Shown here: positions 11,444 through 22,400 of the stretch, piece by piece | Numbering within the stretch: the stretch's first letter is position 1 | How the letters are laid out: every line of letters begins with the position of its first letter | Assembly (NCBI RefSeq): GCF_006345805.1 | Contig: NC_043014.1 | Location: forward strand, 26,722,001-26,786,000 | Origin: Octopus sinensis | Taxonomy: Eukaryota | Direction: 5' to 3' | Length of the DNA stretch: 64,000 nt | The notes under the pieces: model-generated | Databases searched by the model: none | What the model was told of the DNA's origin: nothing | What the model saw: only the letters and a program-made list of their open reading frames with translations | Position numbers and translations under genes: made by a program

Positions 11444-11667
11444 GTAGTCGACCCAGCAGGTGTCGCCACTGATCGTCTCTGTTCGAAGGTTTTATTTACC
11501 TAGTTTCGGTGGAATACATCCACTTGTTTTCAATAATAGAAATATTAAAATTACTAAGTCTCTCTAAAAGAGATTACGGCAGCGTTACTGGAAATTAATT
11601 GTTATCGCCATATTAATATGGCAGTCTTATAGAGACGATCAGTGGCGACACCTGCTGGGTCGACTAC

Positions 11668-11710
11668 GCTACATTGACAAGGGGCAAATACCCTGAAATG
11701 CGTCTGTAGC
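11668..11710 (+). ncRNA. Second hammerhead motif copy (C15.2 to U)
   Basis: gctacattgacaaggggcaaataccctgaaatgcgtctgtagc. Confidence 0.55.
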
Positions 11711-11913
11711 TGTCTGACTAGCAGTGTGAAGCGGCTAACCTCCCTTGTTCGAAGGTTATAATGGACACAGTTTGTGTGTCAAATAGCTATCTTAAGGCGA
11801 TGGTCTCATGGAGCTAATCAGCGACAGCTTTTAGTCTTATATGGCGATAACAATTAATTTCCAGTAACGCTGCCGTAATCTCTTTTAGAGAGACTTAGTA
11901 ATTTTAATATTTC

Positions 11914-11948
<35 letters not shown>

Positions 11949-11953
<5 letters not shown>

Positions 11954-12189
11954 ATAATAACAAAGGGTAAAATTAATTAATTAACTAGTAATCAATAATT
12001 TCACCAAGTAGAATTCGGCGTGAAAAAGGACCATTTCATGGTAAACTTAAGTAATACTTTATAATTAGGGTTCGTTCAGCAAAGGTTTGCTTTACCACAT
12101 ATTCCTTGGTGAAACCTTAGCTATTTCTACTTGGTGAAATTATTGATTACTAGTTAATTAATTAATTTTACCCTTTGTTATTATTGATA
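11949..12189. repeat. Inverted repeat: ~65-bp arms around a 111-bp spacer
   Basis: 11949-12013 is the reverse complement of 12125-12189. The spacer is partly repeated in inverted form at ~12510-12585. Confidence 0.9.
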
Positions 12190-12584
12190 ATATAATTTTC
12201 TCCCTGATAATAAACTACAGATTTTTTCTGTAGTATTTTACTTGACGACACACGTGGATGGGCAGGGGAAGATGATGAACCTCATTCATATATTTTAAAT
12301 TCGGCGGTACTGACGTTGAATATGATCTGTCTGATACTGTAAGTTGGAGAGCTATGTTCAATTCTTACAATGCCTTCGAATTTAATATTTTTAATATTTA
12401 ATATTGTGAAGTCCCATGCTGATGAAGAAAATGTTCGGGTAAATTATAAACTATACATTCTTTATACCGATCTAATTCCGGGAGTCTCTTTTTAAAGTAG
12501 AGGAAATAGCTAAGGTTCTTTGGCTGCTATTTCTAAACTTCAGTATGTGGTAAAGCAAGCCTTTGCTGAACCCTAATAATAAAG

Positions 12585-12617
<33 letters not shown>

Positions 12618-13214
12618 GCACACACACACACACACACAGAGTTACATGTGGTAGTCTACAGAAAAATAAAACCATTCCTTATACATGCATATATACATAT
12701 ATATAAATACAGTGTACATTTAAACACAAAAAAGGTATCCATCATAGGACTACCTGCACACTAGAGAGGACAGTTAAATTCCAAACCACTAGTAGGGATA
12801 AAATTTTGAATGGAATGAAAAATTTACCATCTGACTCCTGGACCAATGGGTTCAGCCTTTTTTTAGCGAATAAAATAATTTGCTAGGCAAAGCCTTCTTC
12901 AGCAGGTACACCTTAGATTAAATATATATACATGAGGCAATCCAGTATATGCCCCGTGCTTATACGTTCTAATTTTTCAAATCCACTGCGCAAGTGCAGC
13001 TCCCTGTCGGCAGTAAATAAATATGCCGGCTTTTTCATTTTGAAAATTATCCACGAAAAAATTTATCAATAATTAATAATATCAATGGGTAATCTGAAAT
13101 ATTAGAAATTTCCATTACCAGTGGCCTAGCGTGTAAAAAGTTTAGTCAATAGACTATATATTATTCATATAAATACAGTGTACATTTAAACACAGATATA
13201 TATATCATCAGTGG

Positions 13215-14400
13215 CTTTTACTCCTGATGCAATGTTGATGAGGGAATCAGTTCTTTGTCTCATATGGGTTCACCCAGCTTTCTATCGTGTCCATGACTTT
13301 TTTAACATCACCTTCATCTTTCTTTAGGCAAGGGGAACTAGTTTCTTTGTGGTGTTGGTTCTGGGCATCATACATACCAGCCATTTTCCTGCAGATTTGA
13401 AGTAATCTTGCCCTGTCATGTGCTGTCAGAACCCAATGCTGTACTGCCCCTTGGTTGAGGCTGATACCTACTTTACCACCACTCGTTTTGGAGCCACGAT
13501 TCAAAGTTTGCTCAATGGTCTGATCAACAGCAACTTGGGAAAATGCACTCTTGGAATTTCGTTGAACTGTAAAATGCCCTTCCAGGAGAAGAGAATTGCT
13601 TTCAGGATGTGTCTGAGGCAGGGTCTTCATCTCACACCAGTGCACAGAGAGGTAACCGGCATAGTTTATTCTGTCGCATGCAAACACCCAAGGTAACATC
13701 TCACGCACAGTAGCAAGATGCAAAACCTAATTCCCCTCTATAGTAGCACGTGTGAATCGAAGCAGTAGGCAGACCAGGTCAATGTAAGAGTCCCAAAAGG
13801 CTGCCAATTTACCTTGGTCCAACTTGCAGAACTCATCAAATAATTCCAAGAGACGTGTGAACTCTGGTGCCAACAACATGTTATTGAAGTTTTCTGAAGT
13901 GATCTCACTGCTGACATTATCCATTGCTGCCCAAGCGGGTTGGAGTAAATGAGCATGGTTCTTCTGTGTCCATTTATAGAAGGTTTTGATTCTCAGACGC
14001 TGCATAGCATCCATGACAATTTTGTGTGTTTGTATTGCTGAGCCTCAAGCACTCCAGGAATTGAACTAGGAGCAACGATACCAGCTTCAATGACCAAATC
14101 TGACAGTCCTACATCACTGAACCTTTTTCCAGGATTGCAAGGAACATCATCATAGTGTGAAAGCCCCTCGCCCCAATCTGAGGATGACACGGGAGAACTC
14201 TTCTTGCATTTTCCATACAATTTCTTGAGCTTTTGCATACACAGCAAAGTCCATTGCGATTATGACTTCTTCCTGACCCTATTGTTGTCCCATTTCAACA
14301 AACCTCTTAAGAAGAGTGTACACAGTAGACAGCTCAGTAGGAGACGCTTCAATAACCAGGTAGTAACCAATTGTGCACATATAGACGGTGGGCCAAATAA
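13215..14400 (-). mobile_element. Academ-like DNA transposase remnant
   Basis: GKRFSDVGLSDLVIEAGIV..GVLE, GN.HLATVREMLPWVFACDRINYAGYL, FSQVAVDQTIEQTLNR..K..GG..G...N.GAV..W.L motifs, which I associate with Academ transposases. Interrupted by stops and frameshifts. Confidence 0.6.
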
Positions 14401-14402
14401 AT

Positions 14403-15127
14403 AAGGGTCTTATTCATTGTGATGCCCCCCCCCCACCTACAAATTTAGTTTATTGGTAACACATTGTTCCTAGGTTTATGTGATGATATTTTCTCTTGTT
14501 TGGCTTCCTCGCATTGAAATACATAAAACAAGCCCCAAAAGCTCGAAACAATTCTAAGACACCCTTCATTACCGAGATTTTTTATGGAAATCATCCATTT
14601 TGGCCTTATTGAGGATGGGGTACGAAATTGCTTATGATATCATTATTATTGAAGATAGCAGACTCAAATTTCATATGGAATAGTAAAAATACCCAGTAAA
14701 TACAACTATTTTGTTTAACTTAATGACTATTAAATTAATTGCAAAAAAATTGGAATAAAAGTCAATATACTGTGAAAAAACATAAAAAACGGGTGTTTAT
14801 TCAGACAAATTGGTGAGATTTTCCAATTTTGGGCAATGGAAGATGAAAAATTCATCATGGGTATAGTAAAGATGTATATTTCCTTCATTTCAGTGATATC
14901 TATGGTGTTAATAGACAAATATCTCCAATGGTTACCTGTGTATTACATATTTCCACATTTTATAGCCTCGAGACTCACCTTTACTTATAAAAAGCTGTTG
15001 TCCTAATTACCTGATAGGTTGTGCAAATGACAAGTGAAAATGTCATCCCCATAGACCTAGGAACAATGTGGTACCATCAAACTAAAGTTGCAGTGGGGAT
15101 GCAACCAACTCAATGAATAAGGCCCTT
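14403..15127. mobile_element. MITE-like element with ~100-bp imperfect TIRs, superfamily undetermined
   Basis: aagggtcttattcattg ... caatgaataaggccctt; the acattgttcctaggttta / tagacctaggaacaatgt arms are inverted. No clear TSD. Confidence 0.6.
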
Positions 15128-15549
15128 TTTGGATTTGGCCCACCGACTAAAGGCTAGAATGTCTTTGATGGTAGGTTTGCTGTACCAGGGTTGATTTGAG
15201 GCTAAATAACAACAGACCAACGAGCTTGTATGTGGTTGCATGACCTGCTAGAAAAAGTAGCCAAACTTCTTTATATACAGAATAGAAAAACCTAACCTGT
15301 GATATACACGTAGAGTCCATTTTGCCTGGGAAGAAAGATGGAATGGTCACAGTTGGATCGTTTTTGATCATATCTGTTCAATCAGATCCAACTCGGGACT
15401 AAACAACAAGTGACGAAAGGAACGAGACAATTAAATACAATCTGAAAAAAATTTAAGAGTGGGAAAGTGTTTCTCAATTATAAATATGATCTGAATGTTT
15501 TTTGTTTTTTTAATCATAAATGGGATCTACGTTCCTTGAATTTTCCTTA

Positions 15550-16060
15550 CCACATATTTCCAAATCAACCATTTAATTTTGTTAAGTACTTTTTTTATGA
15601 AATATAGTTCCATTGTCTCCCGGAAGTTTGGATCGTTCTTTGAACACTTATAGAAGAGCAAGATCTTGAATTTTCCTTCACATATTTCTAAATGTTTGCT
15701 CAGTGGAATTTTCCGTAACTCTTCTTGTCGGATTTACTGTCTGTGGATTCTTGTGCGTGGGCAAAGGGAATTATTGGTTTCACCAATATAATTTTCCTTG
15801 CATTTGGGGTAAGTAATGCAGTATATGAGATTTTGTGTCTTGCAGTTCATATTTGCATTTGCGTTGAACGAGAATCCACTCTTAAATTTCATGTAGGTGT
15901 CCCCATCTATATATTTGTTGTTGTCGTATATTCCACATCTGCTATCTCCACATTCTTTTACAGAGAATTCTGTTTCATTCTCTGATGTGAATTTTTCCCT
16001 TGTGAGTTGTTTTTAAGGATTTTCCTGGTGTTTACTATTTCATAGGTAGCTTTTATCTAC
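15550..16060 (-). mobile_element. Penelope-like element GIY-YIG endonuclease remnant
   Basis: Minus-strand translation ECGDSRCG...MNCKTQNLIYCITYPKCKENYIGET..L..R..IHR*..PLSKHLEIC..RETMELYFIKK, with one in-frame stop. Confidence 0.8.
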
Positions 16061-16079
16061 ACCTTCCTTTCTAATATGT

Positions 16080-16099
16080 TCCTCACTTTCCCCCTCCCA

Positions 16100-16149
<50 letters not shown>

Positions 16150-16325
16150 AAGCATTACTTTCAATTTTATATCAAAAGGCCAAGCGAACTTTAAACCACT
16201 TTAAACCACAATCCGATAATGGAAGAAAGCGCTAAAAAATGTAAATAAAAATATATATAAGCATCCAACATTCTAACTACCTTATTCTCAACATACAATA
16301 TCTGTACATCACTTCAAACTCTCTC

Positions 16326-16409
<84 letters not shown>

Positions 16410-16430
16410 CACATACACACACACACATAT
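16080..16430. repeat. (CT)n microsatellites
   Basis: Seen directly. Confidence 0.95.
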
Positions 16431-16551
16431 TTACAGCATCTCACAAACGTATGAACACCCCTAAAAATTTCAGCAAAATTGCCATTACTCTGAAGGAAAT
16501 CAAACGATATTTTATACTCAATAAAATATATTATACATGAAAACTTTACAT

Positions 16552-16710
16552 CGCAATGGCCTAGTGGTTAGGGCAGCGGACTCGCGGTCGCAGGATCGCG
16601 GTTTCGATTCTCAGACCGGGCGTTGTGTGTGTTTATTGAGCGAAAACACCTAAAAGCTCTACAAGGCTCCGGCAGGGGGTGGTGATCCCTGCTGTACTCT
16701 TTCACCAGAA
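16552..16710 (+). mobile_element. tRNA-head SINE (family C-like)
   Basis: tggcctagtggttagggcagcggactcgcgg...ggtttcgattc A/B-box-like head followed by non-tRNA body. Confidence 0.7.
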
Positions 16711-16790
16711 TGGCGGTGCCCCAGCATGGCCACAGCTCAAGAGCTGAAACTGGAAAAAAAAAAAAAAAAACATATATATATATATATATA

Positions 16791-17185
16791 GGCGCAGGAG
16801 TGGCTGTGTGGTAAGTAACTTGTTTACCAACCACATGGTTCCGGGTTCAGTCCCACTGCGTGGCACCTTGGGCAAGTGTCTTCTACTATAGCCTCGGGCC
16901 GACCAAAGCCTTGTGAGTGGATTTGGTAGATGGAAACTGAAAGAAGCCCGTCGTATATATGTATATATGTATATATATATGTGTGTCTGTGTTTGTCCCC
17001 CTAGCATTGCTTGGTGTGTTTATGTTCCCATTACTTAGCGGTTCGGCAAAAGAGACCGATAGAATAAATAAGTACTGGGCTTACAAAAGAATAAGTCCCG
17101 GAGTCGAGTTGCTCGATTAAAGGCGGTGCTCCAGCATGGCCGCAGTCAAATGACTGAAACAAGTAAAAGAGTAAAAGAGTAAAGA
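16791..17185 (+). mobile_element. SINE family A, well-preserved copy
   Basis: Full head, body and (aagagta)n tail; close to the copy at 43181. Confidence 0.9.
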
Positions 17186-17825
17186 GTATATATATATATA
17201 TATAAAGGAAAAATTGGATTTAAAAATCTTGGCAGGTATCAAGTAAGCACTCAGAATAAAGGAATAGGGTTAAATTTCCAACAAGATTCCAGTAAATGTA
17301 TGTAGAATACAAATCCCATGTATATTTTCATGTATGATATGACAGGTAAATCCAACAATCCTTTTGCAGAATTTTAAGAAATTCAGAGTATTAACAGCAA
17401 TCAATAATATGTATGGACAAAAGCATGTCTTTATTTTAGATCACACCTTAAAAAATCCAACAGCTGTTTCAATTGCATTAATATATATATATATTCTGAG
17501 ATGCTGTAAATACGTGTGTGTGTGTGTGTAGAGAGAGAGAGAGACATATATATGTCAGCACAACATTATCAAGCTACTTGGTGAAATGCTAATTGAATAT
17601 CTGAAAAAATTTTAGCTGTTAAAAAACGCGAACAAAAAGAAATGCCAAGACAAATTTAATTCTAGATTTTCATTCATTCAACCAAGACCGACGTCATTGA
17701 ATAACTAATTTTGTTTATAAAAATAAAATATAAAAAATACCATACTAATTCGATATTTTTTGACAATTTGAAATCTACATAAAAAAAACTAACGTAGAAT
17801 ACGGGAATATATCTACTAAAATTGA

Positions 17826-17847
17826 TGACGTCACCGGATATATAAAG
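17826..17847 (+). promoter_or_regulatory. Candidate CRE (TGACGTCA) plus TATA box (TATATAAAG)
   Basis: Perfect palindromic CRE at 17826-17833 and TATATAAAG at 17839-17847, with further ACGTCA half-sites near 17690 and 17903. No linked gene identified. Confidence 0.25.
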
Positions 17848-18136
17848 AACAAAAACTGCAGACAAGTATTCCACGTAATGCTTAATAGAAACTTATATAA
17901 TTTACGTCACAATAATTAATTACCTGTTTATTTATTTATTTAATATAATAAACCCTTCAATGGGAATTAACCTTGTTTTACAATAACTGAAGAATTATCA
18001 CCGAGTATCTCACTGGGTAATTTAAAATAAAAATTACAGAAAAACAGAACCAAATATCTATTTATTCATTATAATAAACTCTTATATAAGAAATAACTCT
18101 ATTATATAATAATAGAAAAATTATTATAATCAATAA

Positions 18137-18649
18137 TCTATATATATAAAACTGTAGTTGTGTGAGTGTCTGTCCCCTTCGATTTAGATTCCTAACTACT
18201 CCCACATTTTGCGGTGCAGTTTAACCAAATTCGGGTATCTTATAGTCGTGATTCATATCGAGCCCGTCTGGCTATTAGCGCACGTCTACGATGAGTCTAC
18301 GATTTTTAAAATAATTTAACATCATTTTTTATTCCATTTTAATGCATAATTTTTCGTGTGTCGATGGCGGCGGAGTTGGCGTCCATGGTCACACCTGCAC
18401 CTGTTTGCTTCTCCCCCTTCTTCCCTCCATCGTGAAGCTGTGGGGAAGGGAGTGTAAGGAAATCAACGTCGTAAAGCGTTGTCAAGGAGACCAGCGTTCT
18501 TTTAGAACAACGACTTCATGGCTTGAAGACACCAAAACAAAAATGGCTAAGAAAGCCCGAATTGGCATCTATAAGGGAAGTAACTCTCTAAAAATGCTTA
18601 TATAGTTATTTCCCTTACAAACCCGAGCAACGCCGGGCGATACTGCTAG
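18137..18649 (+). mobile_element. Non-autonomous Helitron
   Basis: A|TCtatatatataaaa 5' end; 3' hairpin cccgagcaacgccggg then CTAG|T. Canonical AT insertion site, no TSD. Confidence 0.85.
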
Positions 18650-19430
18650 TAGTATATACAATTATTGATGACTACGCCAGTTAACTAAAGAATAACAATA
18701 ACGGATAAGATAATTAAATACTTATTTTTATATTATACCCTTTTACAGGAATTAACATTATCATATAATAATTGAAAATTACTATAATTAATAATATATA
18801 CAATTCTTGATGATCTCGGTGGATAATTAAAAGAATAAAAATTATAGATAAGAATTCTATGTTGTGTTTAATCAAAGCTTAGGTACTTTACATCGCTATA
18901 ACTAATTACTTACTCATTATATTAAGCACTTTAATAGAAATTAACCTTATTATATAATAATTAATTAAAATATTATAATTAATAACTGAAATATCTGAAT
19001 GTCTTTCTAAATTTATGGCGACATCTTAAAGCTAGGTGTCATTAAATTCAATAAAATTAATTTAGAAGTAATTATAAAATATAATTCTTCGAGGCAAAGA
19101 TAACAAGTAGAATTACCAAAATTATACGATGGTGCATAATAATGGACCACTTTAAATCATATGTCATATAATTATCTTTTAAATTCCAAATGCATTGATC
19201 AAGATTAGTAGAATTACATTTCCTTTTTTATTTAAAGGAACTAGAATGATTATAAAATCTAGATTTCCAACTAGCAGCAGAAGTACATATATATATATAT
19301 ATTTATATCATTTTGGTAGAATCACTCTCTTGCTACATTGCGATTCACATGTAGGACCACGCAATCTTCAGGTAGGTTGTGACTAAAAAAATTGTTGGGG
19401 GTTTGCATATTCATATATTATATATGGTTT

Positions 19431-22400
19431 CATGACGCCATGACACCATCCCAAAGTCCTGTGGCGATGGGGAAACGGCGAAGTAGCAGGTGAGGATACA
19501 CTGGGAGCTGCAGTCGTGAACCCACACACAGGCGGCTCAGGACATGTGGTCGCCCCTCACTGAACTGAGGCAGCAGTGGAGTCCGGCAGCCTCCTGAGTG
19601 ACCGAGCAGCCCTCTTCAGGATCGCTCTGCTCGCCTCCCCAGCATGAGGACGGGGCTAGAAAAGGTTGCCCTAAACATAGCCTGCCTCACCTCACCCTGG
19701 TCAGCAAACCGCGGCTGGCGGGGATCCTTTCCAAGCGGTCGAAACAAAGAAAGAAGAAAACAAACAAAGGTGCTCACTTTCGCAACTTGGAACGTGAGAA
19801 CTCTGCTTGACAACACCAAAGCGGACAGACCAGAGAGACGAACTGCCCTGGTGGCCAGAGAACTGAGCCAATACAGTGTCGATATTGCAGCACTGAGCGA
19901 GACCCGCCTTGCGGACAAAGGCCAGCTGACAGAGACAGGCGGCGGCTACACTTTCTTTTGGAGTGGTCGCAGCAGCGAAGAGCGTCGTGAGGCTGGTGTT
20001 GGTTTTGCCATTAAGTCAGTACACGTGCGGAAACTGGAAAGCCCCCCCGAGGGTATCAACGATCGGCTGATGAAGATGCAGCTCCCACTTGGAAACAAGA
20101 CTAGTGCGACCATCATCAGTGCTTACGCCCCCACCATGACCAACCCTGAAGAAGTTAAGGACAGGTTCTATGAGGAACTCGACTCCCTCATCACGTCAGC
20201 CCAGCCTGGGAAGCTCATCCTCCTTGGGGATTTTAACGCCCGTGTCGGGACTGACCACCAAGCCTGGCATCGCGTACTGGGAAAGCAAGGAATCGGAAAG
20301 TGCAACAGCAACGGACAGCTCCTCCTGCGTGCGTGTGCCTCTCATGATCTTACCATCGCCAACACCTTGTTCCGTCTGCCAACACGCAACAAGACATCAT
20401 GGATGCATCCACGCTCCAAACACTGGCATCTGATAGATTACGTCATCGTCAGGGCGAAAGACAGGCGGGACGTGAGGCTGGTCAAAGCCATGTGCGGAGC
20501 TGACTGCTGGACGGACCATCGCCTCATCATCTCCAGGATGGATTTCTACATCCGACCTAAGAGAAGACCACAGGGTCAGAAAGTGACGAGGAAGCTTAAC
20601 ATCACGAAATTAAGGAACCAGCTGACTGCACAAGATCTCCAGTCACGTATGGACAGTAAGCTGTTGGACATTCGGAGTGACCAGTCCAGCATCAATGAGC
20701 AGTGGGAATCATTCAGGGACACGGTTCATTCCATCGCCCTTGAAACTCTGGGCCAAATTACGAGGAACCACCAGGACTGGTTCGACGAAAACGACCAGGA
20801 AATCCAAAAGCTCCTGGAAGAGAAACGCCGTCTGCTGCGGGCTCACCAAAATGACACCACCTGCACGGCAAAGAAGGCCGCTTTCAACAACATTCGCAGC
20901 ACAGTCCAGGCTAAACTCCGCCTCATGCAAGATGCATGGTTAAGCGCCAAGGCGGATGAGATTCAGGGATACGCAGACAAACACGACACCAAGAAATTCT
21001 ACGAGGCGCTGAAAGCTGTCTATGGACCGCAGTTCTCCTTTGGATCAACCCCCCTGCTCAGCTCAGATGGAACCTCACTCCTGACTAACAAGAGGCTGAT
21101 CCTGGAGAGATGGGCGGAGCACTTCAACATCGTGCTCAACCGACCAGCCCAGATCAACGAGGAAGCCATCGCACGTCTCCCCCAGGTGCCGACAAACCAC
21201 GAGTTGGCTGTTCCCCCTGCAGTCGGGGAAGTGAGCAGAGCCATCAAAAAAATGTCCACCGGCAAAGCTCCAGGCTCTGACGCCATCCCTGCAGAGGTGT
21301 TCAAGTCGGGAGGCCCCACCATGATCAGTCAGCTCACCAGCCTGTTCCAGTCGATGTGGGACAGGGAACAACTCCCTCAAGATTTCCGGGATGCAACAAT
21401 CGTCCACATTTATAAGCGGAAAGGAGATCGGCAGTCCTGCGACAACCACCGAGGTATTTCCCTCTTGTCCATAGCAGGCAAGATCCTGGCCCGGGTCCTG
21501 CTTGACCGCCTTCTGGAACACTTGGAGCAAGGCCTTCTCCCTGAGAGCCAGTGTGGCTTCCGTGCGGGTCGAGGGACCACTGACATGATATTCGCCGCCC
21601 GCCAGCTCCAGGAGAAATGCATGGAGCAGCACCTTGACCTCTGCATAACCTTTGTTGACCTCACCAAGGCCTTTGATACAGTCAGTCGGGAGGGACTATG
21701 GAAGGTCATGGGAAAATTTGGTTGCCCCAGCAAATTTATTGCAATTGTCCGCCAGTTCCACGACGGAATGACAGCCAGAATCCTTGAGGACGGCGACTCA
21801 TCTGAAGCCTTCCAGGTGACCAACGGAGTCAGGCAGGGCTGTGTCCTGGCCCCAACACTGTTCAGCATCATGTTCTCGGCAATGATGTCCGACGCCTTTA
21901 GGGACTGCAAGTCCGGTATCAACATCAAGTACAGGACAGACGGGAAACTTTTCAACTCCAGGAGATTGCAGGCTGTCACAAAGGTGAGGGAGACAGTCGT
22001 CAGAGACTTTCTCTTTGCTGACGACTGCGCCCTTAATGCAATCGATGAGCAGGAGATGCAGCTCGAGATGGACAGGTTCTCATCAGCCTGTGACAACTTC
22101 GGTCTCACCATCAGTGCAAAGAAAACCGAAGTGATGTTTCAGCCAGCCCCCGGCAAACAATACCATGAGCCTCAGATAAGGGTGAACGGACGGATCTTAC
22201 GAGTGGTGGAAAACTTCACCTACCTGGGCAGCACTCTCTCCTGCAATGCCAACATAGATGCTGAAACCATCAACAGAATCTCCAAGGCAAGCAGCGCGTT
22301 TGGGAGACTGCGAAAGAAAGTCTGGGAGCGGAGAGGAATCAGCCTCAACACCAAGCTGAAAGTCTACCGGGCAGTCGTGCTTACCACTCTACTATACGGC

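Larger units (their letters stand above)
11225..11920. mobile_element. Inverted pair of Penelope-like pLTR segments
   Basis: ~11274-11480 is the reverse complement of ~11630-11840, and ~11534-11610 of ~11843-11920. Each pLTR copy carries a minimal hammerhead motif. Confidence 0.7.

Noticed and set aside
16552-16625. tRNA-like sequences here and at 16791, 35265 and 43181
   Set aside because: They are SINE heads: no full cloverleaf or acceptor stem, and they continue into shared SINE bodies.
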